Virus record (IMG/VR): IMGVR_UViG_3300043430_000111
Location: 1-54,535 of that record
DNA from: a virus
Lineage: Duplodnaviria > Caudoviricetes
Strand: one strand, 5' to 3'
DNA: 54,535 nucleotides
Numbering within the stretch: the first letter of the stretch is position 1; each line of letters begins with the position of its first letter. Positions 16,045 through 26,160 of this stretch are shown in pieces. A model generated the notes under the pieces. That model saw only the letters and a list, made by a program, of their open reading frames with translations. It was not told the origin of the DNA and made no database searches. The position numbers and the translations under genes were made by a program.

Positions 16045-18015
16045 ATGAAAAAAGCCCTCGTCCTTGACCTTGAGGTCTACAAAGACTACTTCCTGTGCAT
16101 GTTCAAGTCGGTGGACAGCGGAGTGGTTCGCGCCTACGAGCAGTACGCTGACCGCCCACTCGAAACGGCTGAGATCAAGCAGATTCTGGCGCGCTACACC
16201 ATCGTCACCTTCAACGGCAACAACTTCGACATACCGTTGCTCATGCTCGCTCTGCGCGGGGCGAAATGTGCCGAACTCAAAGCGATGACCGACTGGATCA
16301 TTGTCGGTGATCACCCAGGTTGGGAGGCTTACGACCACTTCGCACTTGAGCGTCCCGATTGGGTTGACCACATCGACCTCATCGAAGTGGCGTTCGGTCA
16401 AGGTTCTCTGAAGCTCTACGGTGGGCGGCTCCACTCTCGCCGCTTGCAAGACCTCCCCATCGAGCCGAGCGCCAGCATCGCGCCGCAGCAGCGAGCCGAC
16501 CTCTTGCGCTACTGCGAGAACGACCTGGACACGACCATTGACCTCTACAACCACCTGCTCCCGCAGTTGGACCTGCGGGCGGCGATGAGTGAGATGTATG
16601 AGACCGACCTTCGCTCAAAGTCCGACGCACAGATTGCCGAGGCGGTCATCCGAAAGCAGGTTGGGCAGTTGCTCGGTGGGCGTGTGTCTCGACCCAGCAT
16701 CCCCGCGGGAACCACGTTTCGATACAAGCCGCCTGCGTTCCTGAGCTTCAAGACAGAGCAGTTGCGCAACAAGTTGTCCGAGATCGTAGAAGCCGACTTT
16801 GTGACAGCGCCCAGCGGAGCGCCCATCGAACCCTCCGCACTTGAAGGCGCCGTCGTCCGCATCGGAGAAGGTGACTACCGCATGGGCATTGGCGGTCTGC
16901 ACTCCAGCGAGACCTGCGCCGCGCACTTCTCCGACGAAGACACCGTGTTGATGGACGCTGACGTTGCCAGCTACTACCCAAACATTGTTCTGAACTGCAA
17001 CCTCTACCCAAAGCATCTGACCGATGCCTTCCTTTTGGTGTATCGCAACATCGTTCAAAAGCGTTTGGCCGCAAAGAAGGCGGGCGATAAGGTCACAGCG
17101 GATGCGCTAAAGATCACAGCAAACGGATCGTTCGGAAAGCTCGGTTCAAAGTATTCTGTTCTGTACGCACCCGACTTGATGATCCAAGTGACCGTCACAG
17201 GCCAACTGGCCTTGCTCATGCTGATCGAGGCTCTGGAACTGGACGGTCTGAGTGTGGTGTCGGCCAATACGGATGGCATCGTCATCAAGTGCGCCCGCAG
17301 AAGGTTACCGGACGTGCGCGAGCACATTGCAGGCTGGCAGAACGCAACGGGTTTTGAGATGGAGGAAACGCACTACAAGGCGATCTACTCCAGGGATGTC
17401 AACAACTACCTCGCTTTGAAAGCAGAAGGCGGCGTCAAGGGTAAAGGTGCATACGCCAGCGTATCCATCGCAAAGAACCCGCAAAACGCCATCTGCGTCG
17501 ATGCTGTGAAAGCCTTTCTTGAGTACGGCACACCCATCGGCCAAACGATCATCGCGTGCCGCGACATCCGCAAGTTCCTGACCGTGCGAACCGTCAAGGG
17601 TGGCGCGATCAAGATCACGCGAACCAACTACGACGACACGCTAACACCGTCCAAGAAGCGTGACGTGCTGCTGGCGAACGGGATGATGCAACTTGAACCT
17701 GGGCCGTTGAACAAAGCCAAGTTCGACTACATCCCGGACGGCTGCGGATACGACGTGGAGACGGCATACCGGATGCTGTGCGGCGAAGACGAGTTCACCT
17801 ACATCGGCAAGGTTGTCCGCTGGTACTACGCAGTCGGTGAGACGGGCGCTCTGCACTACAAGACGCAGAACAAAAGCGGCAATCGAAACAAGGTGGCGAA
17901 CAGCGACGGTGCCAAGTGCCTGATGGAACTGCCAGATGAGTTCCCGAGCGACGTGGATCACGGGCACTACATCAACGAAGCGAATCAAATTCTCAAAGAC
18001 ATAGGGGCGATGTGA
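16045..18015 (+). CDS. Family B DNA polymerase with 3'-5' exonuclease
   Basis: Exo DLE, FNGNNFD, YCEND; Pol DVASYYP, K...NGSFGK, NTDG. Confidence 0.9.
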   Translation: MKKALVLDLEVYKDYFLCMFKSVDSGVVRAYEQYADRPLETAEIKQILARYTIVTFNGNNFDIPLLMLALRGAKCAELKAMTDWIIVGDHPGWEAYDHFALERPDWVDHIDLIEVAFGQGSLKLYGGRLHSRRLQDLPIEPSASIAPQQRADLLRYCENDLDTTIDLYNHLLPQLDLRAAMSEMYETDLRSKSDAQIAEAVIRKQVGQLLGGRVSRPSIPAGTTFRYKPPAFLSFKTEQLRNKLSEIVEADFVTAPSGAPIEPSALEGAVVRIGEGDYRMGIGGLHSSETCAAHFSDEDTVLMDADVASYYPNIVLNCNLYPKHLTDAFLLVYRNIVQKRLAAKKAGDKVTADALKITANGSFGKLGSKYSVLYAPDLMIQVTVTGQLALLMLIEALELDGLSVVSANTDGIVIKCARRRLPDVREHIAGWQNATGFEMEETHYKAIYSRDVNNYLALKAEGGVKGKGAYASVSIAKNPQNAICVDAVKAFLEYGTPIGQTIIACRDIRKFLTVRTVKGGAIKITRTNYDDTLTPSKKRDVLLANGMMQLEPGPLNKAKFDYIPDGCGYDVETAYRMLCGEDEFTYIGKVVRWYYAVGETGALHYKTQNKSGNRNKVANSDGAKCLMELPDEFPSDVDHGHYINEANQILKDIGAM

Positions 18016-18278
18016 TGGGCGAAATGGCTGACTTTTGCAACGACCAAATGCAAGACGCATACCCCGACTGGCTACCACCCGGAAACGGGATGCGGGCGTC
18101 GCCTCGCTACAGGCCGAGCGTTTACGGACCGCCATTGGTTTGCAAACACTGTGGGAGCGCAGACGTGTACTGGCAATCGGTCAAAGGCCAACACAAGCTC
18201 TACGACAAGACCGACTTGACACCTCACATCTGCAACAAGCGCAACATGAACACAGAAGGATTTGATGATGTGGATTGA
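18015..18278 (+). CDS. Zn-finger hypothetical protein
   Basis: MGEMAD...CKHCG...W...PHIC. Confidence 0.75.
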   Translation: MGEMADFCNDQMQDAYPDWLPPGNGMRASPRYRPSVYGPPLVCKHCGSADVYWQSVKGQHKLYDKTDLTPHICNKRNMNTEGFDDVD

Positions 18279-18807
18279 CTTGATGACTGACCTTGAAACG
18301 ACGGGCCTACCACCGGACGGGGCCATCGTTTCAATCGGCGCGTGTTTCTTCGACATGGAAACATGCACCATCGGCCCGACCTTCAACCGGGTCATCAACC
18401 TCGCCACAGCCGTGCGCGACGGTGGAACGATGAACCCCGCAACGATCATGTGGTGGCTCGGCCAGTCAGACTCCGCGCGCAAGGCGATCCTCTACAGCAC
18501 CGAGGACATCCGCGTCGTGCTGACTGACTTCACGGCGTTCATCGCAGAGCACAGCCGCGTACAGGACGTGCGCCCGTGGGGCAACTCGAACAGCTTTGAC
18601 CTGACGCTGCTCAACGGGGCGTACATGCGGGCCGGCATGAAGACGCCGTGGTCACCGTTCCGCGAGCGCGACTTCCGCACTGTCCGCAACATGTACCCCA
18701 GCGTTGAGTACAACACCGACGCGAAGGGTGACTGCGCGCACAACGCTCTCGAAGACGCCATTTTCCAGGCCAAGCATCTTTTTGCCATCAAGAACCGCAA
18801 CAAATGA
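18265..18807 (+). CDS. DEDDh 3'-5' exonuclease (DUF5051-like)
   Basis: DLETTG, WGN..SFD, RDFRT, HNALEDA; start uncertain. Confidence 0.9.
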   Translation: MMWIDLMTDLETTGLPPDGAIVSIGACFFDMETCTIGPTFNRVINLATAVRDGGTMNPATIMWWLGQSDSARKAILYSTEDIRVVLTDFTAFIAEHSRVQDVRPWGNSNSFDLTLLNGAYMRAGMKTPWSPFRERDFRTVRNMYPSVEYNTDAKGDCAHNALEDAIFQAKHLFAIKNRNK

Positions 18808-19091
18808 CTGAAACCGTCCGCGAAAGCGTCATCGAAGCGCACCTCGTCAAGCGTGTGAAAGAGCGCGGAGGTATTGCGTACAAGTTTACGAGCCCGTCTC
18901 GCCGCTCCGTGCCCGACCGGCTGTGCGTCATGCCCGGTGGGCGAATCGTCTTTGTCGAGTTGAAGCGCCCAGGCGGAAAGCCGACAGAGCAACAGGCCCG
19001 TGAGCATCAGAGATTGCGCGACCTGGGTTGCGAAGTAGAAGTTTTGGACAACAAAGCGGCCATCGACGCATGGCTTGAAAGGACCGTATGA
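18804..19091 (+). CDS. VRR-NUC nuclease
   Basis: RESVIE...VPDR...FVELKRPG...Q. Confidence 0.92.
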   Translation: MTETVRESVIEAHLVKRVKERGGIAYKFTSPSRRSVPDRLCVMPGGRIVFVELKRPGGKPTEQQAREHQRLRDLGCEVEVLDNKAAIDAWLERTV

Positions 19092-19513
19092 CATCCGTTG
19101 ACATCTCCACCATCAAATTGTGGTTTGAGCGCGCCGTTCCGACCCCCACCGACAAGAACCGTGCTGTTCAAATCGGAGTGCATTACGAAGAATCCAGTGA
19201 AATGCTAGACGCCACGGGCGACTCGTTCGATGCCGAAGAACTCCACAGCCTCGCGGGACGATACAAGAGTGGTCGTGAAATCGTAATGGTCCGCGACAAG
19301 CAAGAACTACTCGACTCCCTGTGCGACCAGATCGTCACGGCAATCGGCGTTGCCCACATGTTCGGCTTCGACATCACCGGTGCGCTCAACGAGGTCAATC
19401 GCAGCAACTGGTCGAAGTTCCTCGCTGACGGCACGCCGCTGTTCGATGAGAACGGGAAGATTGCCAAGAACCCGCTGACTTACAGCAAGCCTGATCTGTC
19501 TGCGTTTGTATGA
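19088..19513 (+). CDS. MazG-like NTP pyrophosphohydrolase
   Basis: EE..E, LDSLCD, EVNRSNWSK, GKIAK. Confidence 0.85.
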   Translation: MTSVDISTIKLWFERAVPTPTDKNRAVQIGVHYEESSEMLDATGDSFDAEELHSLAGRYKSGREIVMVRDKQELLDSLCDQIVTAIGVAHMFGFDITGALNEVNRSNWSKFLADGTPLFDENGKIAKNPLTYSKPDLSAFV

Positions 19514-20940
19514 CTGCGTTCGTCCCCCGCCCCTACCAACGCCTGATCGAGACCTTCGCACTCAACCACCGCAGGGCGAACATCTTCGCGTCCCCCGGTA
19601 TGGGCAAGACGGGCGCCAGCTACAGCGTCTTCGACACCCTGCGCATGATGGGCGAGGTCAAGCGAGCCCTGGTGTTGGCGCCAAAGCGCGTGGCCGTGTC
19701 CTCGTGGCCGAGGGAGCGGGAGAAGTGGGTGGAGTCGTTCGGCCATCTGAGTGTCGCAGCCGCCATCGGCACGCCGGACCAGCGGCTCGCGGCTCTGCGC
19801 AGCAACGCCGACATCACAGCCATCAACTACGACAATATCGAATGGCTGCTCGAACAGTACGGTGACGAGTTCCCATTCGACATTGTTTTTGCAGACGAGT
19901 CCACACGACTCAAGGGCCTGCGCGTGTCGCTGCAAACGAGTAGCAAGGGCAAGGAGTTCATCAATGGTCAAGGCTCCGGCCGCGCGAAAGCTATCGCCAA
20001 GGTCGCACACTCCAAAGTGCGACATTGGTACAACCTGACCGGCTCACCCGCACCGAACGGAATTGTGGACCTCTGGGGCCAGCAATTTTTCATCGACGGT
20101 GGGCGGCGTCTTGGTTCTTCGTTCACAGCCTTCTCGAACAGGTGGTTCCGATCAGTTCCTGGAGGCGACGGCTACAGCCAGATTGAACCACTGCCGCACG
20201 CACAGCGCGAGATCGAGCAACTGATCGCACAGACCTCTATCACCGTTGAAGCGAAAGACTGGTTCCCACTGGAGCAGGTGATCGAGCGACACATCATGGT
20301 TGACCTACCACCTCGTGCTCGGCAGCAGTACCTGGAGATGGAGAAGGAGTTCTTCACCGAGGCAGAGGGTCACGAAGTCGAGGTCTTCACAGCCGGATCG
20401 AAGTCTCAGAAGTGCCTGCAAATTGCCAGCGGCACGCTGATTCACGACACCGAGAAGCGCCTGTGGGCGAAGGTGCACGATGAGAAGCTGGAGGCGCTGA
20501 AGTCTGTCGTGGAAGAAACCAACGGGGAGAACCTGCTGGTCGCCTACCAGTACAAAGCCGACCTCGAACGCATCCTCAAAGCCTTCCCAAAGGCCAAGTT
20601 CCTCGACGCCAACCCGAAGACCGAAGACGACTGGAACGCCGGCAAGATCAGGATGTTGGTCTGCCACCCGGCCAGTGCCGGCCACGGGCTCAGTCTGCAA
20701 GACGGGGGGCGCATCCTGGTGGACTACTCCAGCAACTACAACCTGGAGTACGACGAGCAGGTCATCGAGCGCATTGGGCCGACCCGCCAGTTCCAGTCCG
20801 GCCACCCTCGCTCGGTGTTCCGCTATCGCATCGTGGCGCGTGACACCCTGGAGGAAACCGCGGTCATCCCCGCTCTACAGCGGAAAATGAGTGTTCAAGA
20901 CTGTATCAAAAACGCGATGAAGGTGCGAAAAACAACTTGA
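19510..20940 (+). CDS. SNF2-family helicase
   Basis: GMGKT, DES, LTGSP, HPASAGHGL, Q...R. Confidence 0.92.
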   Translation: MTAFVPRPYQRLIETFALNHRRANIFASPGMGKTGASYSVFDTLRMMGEVKRALVLAPKRVAVSSWPREREKWVESFGHLSVAAAIGTPDQRLAALRSNADITAINYDNIEWLLEQYGDEFPFDIVFADESTRLKGLRVSLQTSSKGKEFINGQGSGRAKAIAKVAHSKVRHWYNLTGSPAPNGIVDLWGQQFFIDGGRRLGSSFTAFSNRWFRSVPGGDGYSQIEPLPHAQREIEQLIAQTSITVEAKDWFPLEQVIERHIMVDLPPRARQQYLEMEKEFFTEAEGHEVEVFTAGSKSQKCLQIASGTLIHDTEKRLWAKVHDEKLEALKSVVEETNGENLLVAYQYKADLERILKAFPKAKFLDANPKTEDDWNAGKIRMLVCHPASAGHGLSLQDGGRILVDYSSNYNLEYDEQVIERIGPTRQFQSGHPRSVFRYRIVARDTLEETAVIPALQRKMSVQDCIKNAMKVRKTT

Positions 20941-20945
20941 CATGA

Positions 20946-20961
20946 TTTCGCATTTGCGAAA
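20946..20961. promoter_or_regulatory. Putative operator palindrome
   Basis: TTTCGCA-TT-TGCGAAA, intergenic, next to TTGACA (20937-20942). Confidence 0.65.
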
Positions 20962-20999
20962 AACTGAACGCATTGCTAACAACAAACCGTGGACAGTGT

Positions 21000-21389
21000 A
21001 TGCAAATTGCAGTAGGTCAGAAGTGGAAAACCAGAAGTGGTGAGATCGTAACCGTAGTTCAGAACGACAGGCACGAAGACTATCCGTGGGACTTGTCGAA
21101 CGGCGAATGCGTTACCTTTGAAGGTAGGGTGATCGGGTCCGGCATCGAAAGTAGCAGCGATCTCATTGAGTTGATCGAATCGCCACTGGCCGTCCAAGTC
21201 GGCGGTTCGCACTACAAAGACCTCGCCATCCAGCCGGTCGTGTATTGCCACAAGAACGGTCTCGGAACCTGTGAGTCCAACGTCATCAAGTACGTCACCC
21301 GGTGGAGGGCGAAGAACGGCATTGCCGACTTGCAGAAGGCCCGCCATTACATCGACCTGCTGATCGAGATGGAAGGGGGTGCGGTATGA
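21000..21389 (+). CDS. DUF3310-domain protein
   Basis: QVGGSHY...NVIKYVTR...KNG..DL.KARHY. Confidence 0.88.
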   Translation: MQIAVGQKWKTRSGEIVTVVQNDRHEDYPWDLSNGECVTFEGRVIGSGIESSSDLIELIESPLAVQVGGSHYKDLAIQPVVYCHKNGLGTCESNVIKYVTRWRAKNGIADLQKARHYIDLLIEMEGGAV

Positions 21390-21673
21390 GCTGGCTCGTC
21401 CCATACCTCGTAGGCGGTCTGCTGGGCACCATCTGCATGGCGATGCTCTACGTCTCCCGCAACGCCGAAGACTCGGACGCGGTTCGTCTGGACCACCTCA
21501 CCCGCATCAATGGCTCGCTCACCTCGTTCACCGACGACGCCGGCGTGACATGGTGGTCGGTGGTGCGCAACAATGCTGTCATCGGCTGGAGCAGCAAGAC
21601 CCCGCGCGAGGCTATCGACAGTGCGATGCTGTCTTTTCAGACTGCGAAGCTGAAGGAGGGTGCCAATGGCTGA
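21386..21673 (+). CDS. Hypothetical membrane protein
   Basis: N-terminal transmembrane segment; ATGA overlap. Confidence 0.7.
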   Translation: MSWLVPYLVGGLLGTICMAMLYVSRNAEDSDAVRLDHLTRINGSLTSFTDDAGVTWWSVVRNNAVIGWSSKTPREAIDSAMLSFQTAKLKEGANG

Positions 21674-21866
21674 CATCGTTGACATCACCGCTGACCGAGA
21701 AGAACACAACATTGCCCACGCTCTGCGCGCCGCGCGCAAAGTTGAAGCCCCTGCGGCCACCGGGCGGTGCTTCTTCTGCGACGAGATCGTTGCCGACTCG
21801 ATGCGCTTTTGCGACGCGGAGTGTCGGGATATGTGGGACCGTGAGCGGTCTCGCAAGGGGTTTTGA
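21666..21866 (+). CDS. DksA/TraR-like C4 zinc finger protein
   Basis: MADIVD...CFFC...RFCDAECRD. Confidence 0.8.
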   Translation: MADIVDITADREEHNIAHALRAARKVEAPAATGRCFFCDEIVADSMRFCDAECRDMWDRERSRKGF

Positions 21867-22087
21867 TGGCCCAGCGCAACTACCCTGCGGGCGCACTGGT
21901 CCGGGTCAACGACATCTGCCGCAACCCCAAGACCGGCGCGGCCGGTATCCTACCGCTCGGCCGCTCCACGTGGTATCGCTGGATTCAAGAAGGCAAAGTG
22001 CCCGAGGGTGTCAGCCTCGCGGGCACGGCCACGAAGGTGTGGCCCATCGAGACTGTGCTGGCGCTCGCCGGTCAGGCCGACAACTGA
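21866..22087 (+). CDS. AlpA-type excisionase
   Basis: GILPLGRSTWYRWIQEGKVP; adjacent to the integrase. Confidence 0.85.
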   Translation: MAQRNYPAGALVRVNDICRNPKTGAAGILPLGRSTWYRWIQEGKVPEGVSLAGTATKVWPIETVLALAGQADN

Positions 22088-23271
22088 TCTATCCGGTCAG
22101 CCAGGAATTGCAGAGCACGCCGACGCTCGTCCGCGTGCTCTGCGTGCGTATAGGCGGCAACAACCGCACTGCGCTCCTGGTGTGACAGCAGCAACTCCAC
22201 CACCTCCCGCGAGAACCCGTGCTCACGCAGCAGCGTCGCCGCGGTGCTGCGCGTACCGTGTGGTGAGAACTGCGGCACCCCGAAGTTCAGCCGCTTGAAC
22301 ATGTGGTTGAGCGTGACTTCTGCGATGGGCCGACCATTGCCGTTCACAAAGCGCGTCGGGAAGACGTACTGACCGTGACCGGTGATCCGCTTGAGGTAGG
22401 TCAGCAACTCGACCGCCTGCCGAGACAGATACACCCGGTGGGGCTTGCCGTTCTTCATCCGTTCCTCGGGGATGTCCCACAACCCCTTGTCCAAGTCGAA
22501 TTCCGGCCACTCGGCCAGCCGCAACTCCGTCTTTCGCACCATCGTCAGCATGAGCAGCTTGGCGGCGTAGACCGTGATGATGGTCGCCTGCCGCTGACGG
22601 TTCAACTCCGTCCAGAACGCACCCAACTCCACCTCGCTCAAGTGCCGGTGGTGGGTGGCGGGCGGCACGGAGATGGCACCGCGTACTGCCGTCGCCGGGT
22701 TGCCGTCAACCAGCAGTTTGCGAATGGCGAAGTTGAAAACCTGCTGGATGAGTGATCGACACCGGTCTGCCGTGGTCGGGATGTGCTTGTTTGACTCCAT
22801 GATGGCGAGCACGTCGCGCGGCTTGACCTCGGTGAGTGCTTTGGCTCCGATGCTCGGGTTGATGTAGGAGTCCAGAAACCGGATGCACTGTGAGCGGTAC
22901 GCCTCCGACCGATAGAACAGCGTCTCCTTCACCCAGGTCTTTGCGAACGCCTCGAAAGTCGGCACGTCCGGCTCCGGCTCGCGCTCGGCCTTTTTCTCGT
23001 CAGCCGGGTCGATGCCGCGCGCCACGTCCGAGCGCAGCCGCTCATGGAGGGTTCGCGCATCCGCGATGCTGATCTGGGGGTACGGGCCGATAGTGAACTT
23101 GGGGCGCCGGCCCGCCAGCCGGTACGTGTACCTCCACACCTTCGAGCCCCCCGGCAGGACTTCCAGGTACAGCCCGCCACCGTCCGTGAGCACATAGGGC
23201 TTGTCTTTTGGCTTGGATGCGTTGATGACGGTCGGCTTGAGTGTGTAGTTGATGTGTCGTTGCTGTCCCAT
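22072..23271 (-). CDS. int: P4-type tyrosine integrase
   Basis: Arm-binding DGGGLYL...IGPYP; catalytic R (VRKTE), K, HGTR, LSH, Y; ATG at 23271. Confidence 0.95.
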   Translation of the reverse strand: MGQQRHINYTLKPTVINASKPKDKPYVLTDGGGLYLEVLPGGSKVWRYTYRLAGRRPKFTIGPYPQISIADARTLHERLRSDVARGIDPADEKKAEREPEPDVPTFEAFAKTWVKETLFYRSEAYRSQCIRFLDSYINPSIGAKALTEVKPRDVLAIMESNKHIPTTADRCRSLIQQVFNFAIRKLLVDGNPATAVRGAISVPPATHHRHLSEVELGAFWTELNRQRQATIITVYAAKLLMLTMVRKTELRLAEWPEFDLDKGLWDIPEERMKNGKPHRVYLSRQAVELLTYLKRITGHGQYVFPTRFVNGNGRPIAEVTLNHMFKRLNFGVPQFSPHGTRSTAATLLREHGFSREVVELLLSHQERSAVVAAYTHAEHADERRRALQFLADRIDQLSA

Positions 23272-23274
23272 TTT

Positions 23275-23555
23275 TGGCTCCACGATCTTTCCAGAGACCC
23301 CATTGTGGCACCATGCGCGCCGACCGTGGTGCCAACTATGGAGCCTTTGGAGCGGGATGGACATGGATTGTGTGGGACACCCAGGGACAAAAAAGCCAAC
23401 TGGAATCAACAAGTTGGCTCTTAAATGGGACAGTCTGGGATGCTCTGAAACGTCAACCAATGTGCTCGATCATGACATGTAAATTCACGATTTTGCTAGG
23501 AGAGGTTGTCGTTTTGATGCCAAATTACTGCGGCATGGAGCCAATCATGGAGCCA
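23275..23555. other. Candidate attP with arm-type sites
   Basis: RTGGWGCCW at 23326, 23338, 23535 and 23547 (two pairs, 12-bp period) and inverted at 23275 and 23306. Confidence 0.65.
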
Positions 23556-23557
23556 TT

Positions 23558-23776
23558 TCAGACATCAATGATTTCAACCGTCAGCGATGGCGCCGGCCCC
23601 TCAATAGCTCCGTCCCGAACAAATACGCGGTCTCCGACTGTGGCGGCTCCGCGCGCAGGCATGATGCCACCTCCGGGCATCTCAACCTGGGCCACGCCGC
23701 TCGAAATCGAGGTGACGATGCCGATCATCAAGGGGCGCTGCGGCAGCAGCGAGATCAGGCGGGCGTAGGGATTCAT
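23558..23776 (-). CDS. Small tail-associated protein
   Basis: Last gene of the tail operon; coupled ORF. Confidence 0.75.
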   Translation of the reverse strand: MNPYARLISLLPQRPLMIGIVTSISSGVAQVEMPGGGIMPARGAATVGDRVFVRDGAIEGPAPSLTVEIIDV

Positions 23777-25758
23777 GCGTGCACCTCCAGGGTGATTGCT
23801 TGGCGGGTGTCAACGGCAGACGCGCCGACTGTCACCTGTGTGGATCGCACGATACCCATGTGCGTGTCGGCACCGTCCACGTAGCGCACGAACTTACCGG
23901 GCTCGATCACGCCTGTGCTCCCCAGGACCGGCAGGCTCAGACCCACCGTGGCGATGCGGCCGGTGTCTCCGAGCACGGCGATACCCCGCTGGCGACCTGC
24001 CGCGGCAGCAGTGATGAGCGGGTCTGTGACCATCTGCGCCACGAGCGAGCCGTCTGAGTCTGCGCGGGTGACTTGACACAGAACCCCTGCCTGCTGACCA
24101 GAGACGAAGACTCGGTTGTAGGCAACCTTGTCGGCCCAAGACATCGACTCGCGCACAGAGACTGCCGACGGGAGTTGGAAGTCGGGAGTTACGGCGCCCC
24201 ACTCCCACGGTGCCACCGGGTACTTCGGCAAGATTCGCAGCGTCGTCCCGGTTCGGTCGGGTTGCAGATAGCCGCCCACCGACTGAGCGATGGCGTTGAG
24301 CGCGGAGATGTGTGTACCCTGGTGGGCGAACACACCTGCCGGCACCAGCCAATCGGTCAGGCCCCACTGCACATCCCAGCCCAGCGAGACACCGTTGTAG
24401 GTCAGCACATCCTCGGCCAGTTGGTTCGCGGTTCTATCTATCGTGTTTGTGAATGCGATAGCCGGAGCATACGGCGCGTCAAGCACGGCGTTGCGACCTC
24501 GGCCGGCGATACGCAGACTGTTCGCGCCGAACGTGCGCTCGCGGCTCATCGACTCCACGATGAGCCTGAACGCATTACCGTTGACGCTCGCCAACAGCTC
24601 CACGTTACCTGAGCCGTTCGGCTCAACGAGCGATTGCGCCTGCATCGGCAGCGTTGCGTCGAACGACCACGCCCACGAGGATGCGTCAAGCGAAAGAGAC
24701 AGGCTCTTTGTCGTGATGGGGGTGCCGTCAGAGACGCGCACCAGGGTGACGGAATTCAGCACAATGTAGACCCTCTGGATTGGTATGACGACAGTCGCGT
24801 CCGGTTGCTCGGTACTGTAGTCGCCACACTGGAAGACCAGATTGCCGCCGATGACGGGCGGGAAGGAAAACAGCAGGTGAGGGTTCGGCGTGTAGCAGGG
24901 CGTTGGGCCGGGTGGGCCGGAGGGCTTGGACGAGACGCCAGGAGGGGGCGGCACACCCTCTTGCCACGCAGACCACCACGCCACAGGAAGGCGCGACGCA
25001 GGCTGGAAGCTCGACCACTGGCGCACGCCCAGGCCGCTTGCTTGCTGCCAGTAGGTGCGGCGTGCCGCCCGCTTCGTGCGGTCGCCATCTTGATGTCGGA
25101 ACAGCGTGTCGTCCTGCACCCGCGATGCGTTCTCGAACGCCGTGTTGAGCACCCTGCGCACAGCCCTGTCAGCGACCTGATGGGCGAACACCTTGCTGTC
25201 GCGCATCGGCGCGGCGTCTTGGTGCTGCGTGGCGGTGCTCACCCGCAAAGGCTTGAGCGTACCCGCCTGCCGATGCTCGACCCCCGGCGTCAGGCCGGTG
25301 GCGCGTTGCCAGAACGCGGCCCACCCGTGCGGGCTTGCCGTCGTATCGTGCTGCCGGTGCTCGGCGCCTGTCGATGTGGGCTGTGCGACTTGGTGGCTTG
25401 AGCGGGTAGCGGCCACGGTGGGGCGCTGGGTGTTGCTGCGGTACTCCACATCCGCCACCACAGTCAGCGGGGAGAAAGTGCCCGTGACCACCACCTTGTC
25501 GATGGACCTGACGCGCACCGAGACGGTAAGAGGCGCGAATGTGCCGGTGATTGCGATCTCAACAACCGCCGGAACTTCCGGCACATCGCCGGGAGCGCCC
25601 CCGAAAACGAGATCGGTGCTTGCGGGTGCTCCCGCCTCGAAGATGAGGTCAGTCGGAGAACCTGGAACTTCTGGTGCCTCATTGTCATCCGAGACCCCAA
25701 ATAGCAGCGATGTTTCGGCGGGTGCCGGAACGGCAAACAGAAGGTCTCGGCTGTCCAC
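23773..25758 (-). CDS. Tail/baseplate hub-like structural protein
   Basis: 661 aa in the tail operon. Confidence 0.75.
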   Translation of the reverse strand: MDSRDLLFAVPAPAETSLLFGVSDDNEAPEVPGSPTDLIFEAGAPASTDLVFGGAPGDVPEVPAVVEIAITGTFAPLTVSVRVRSIDKVVVTGTFSPLTVVADVEYRSNTQRPTVAATRSSHQVAQPTSTGAEHRQHDTTASPHGWAAFWQRATGLTPGVEHRQAGTLKPLRVSTATQHQDAAPMRDSKVFAHQVADRAVRRVLNTAFENASRVQDDTLFRHQDGDRTKRAARRTYWQQASGLGVRQWSSFQPASRLPVAWWSAWQEGVPPPPGVSSKPSGPPGPTPCYTPNPHLLFSFPPVIGGNLVFQCGDYSTEQPDATVVIPIQRVYIVLNSVTLVRVSDGTPITTKSLSLSLDASSWAWSFDATLPMQAQSLVEPNGSGNVELLASVNGNAFRLIVESMSRERTFGANSLRIAGRGRNAVLDAPYAPAIAFTNTIDRTANQLAEDVLTYNGVSLGWDVQWGLTDWLVPAGVFAHQGTHISALNAIAQSVGGYLQPDRTGTTLRILPKYPVAPWEWGAVTPDFQLPSAVSVRESMSWADKVAYNRVFVSGQQAGVLCQVTRADSDGSLVAQMVTDPLITAAAAGRQRGIAVLGDTGRIATVGLSLPVLGSTGVIEPGKFVRYVDGADTHMGIVRSTQVTVGASAVDTRQAITLEVHA

Positions 25759-25761
25759 GTC

Positions 25762-26160
25762 TCACCCCAGGTAGCAGGATGCAAGGCGCAACAATCCGCC
25801 AGGGTAAAGCGAGGTAGCCTTGAAGATAGCCTCGGCTTCGGAACCTGAGCCCTCCAAGCCCGCATCCAGGTCGAAGCACGGCAGGCCATCCCCGTTGAAC
25901 ACCCGGCACCATGTCGGCAACCCGCCCGCCAGAATCAGCCCGTCCTCAAGCTGCGACAGCGACAGCACGCCAGAGGCGACAGTGCCCGCCGGGGTCGCCA
26001 GCGTGATGATGCACAGGGGCGCACCAGCGGCTGGCGTGGCGATGTTGGACGCCCGTGCTCCCCCGAAGACATACAGCTTCGCAGGGTTTGGCCCTTGGTC
26101 AAGGAACGACACGCGACCGACTAGAGCAGCCTCACGGAATGCGGCGGATTCTTCAATCAC
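25762..26160 (-). CDS. Virion structural protein
   Basis: GTG start overlapping the upstream stop. Confidence 0.7.
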   Translation of the reverse strand: MIEESAAFREAALVGRVSFLDQGPNPAKLYVFGGARASNIATPAAGAPLCIITLATPAGTVASGVLSLSQLEDGLILAGGLPTWCRVFNGDGLPCFDLDAGLEGSGSEAEAIFKATSLYPGGLLRLASCYLG

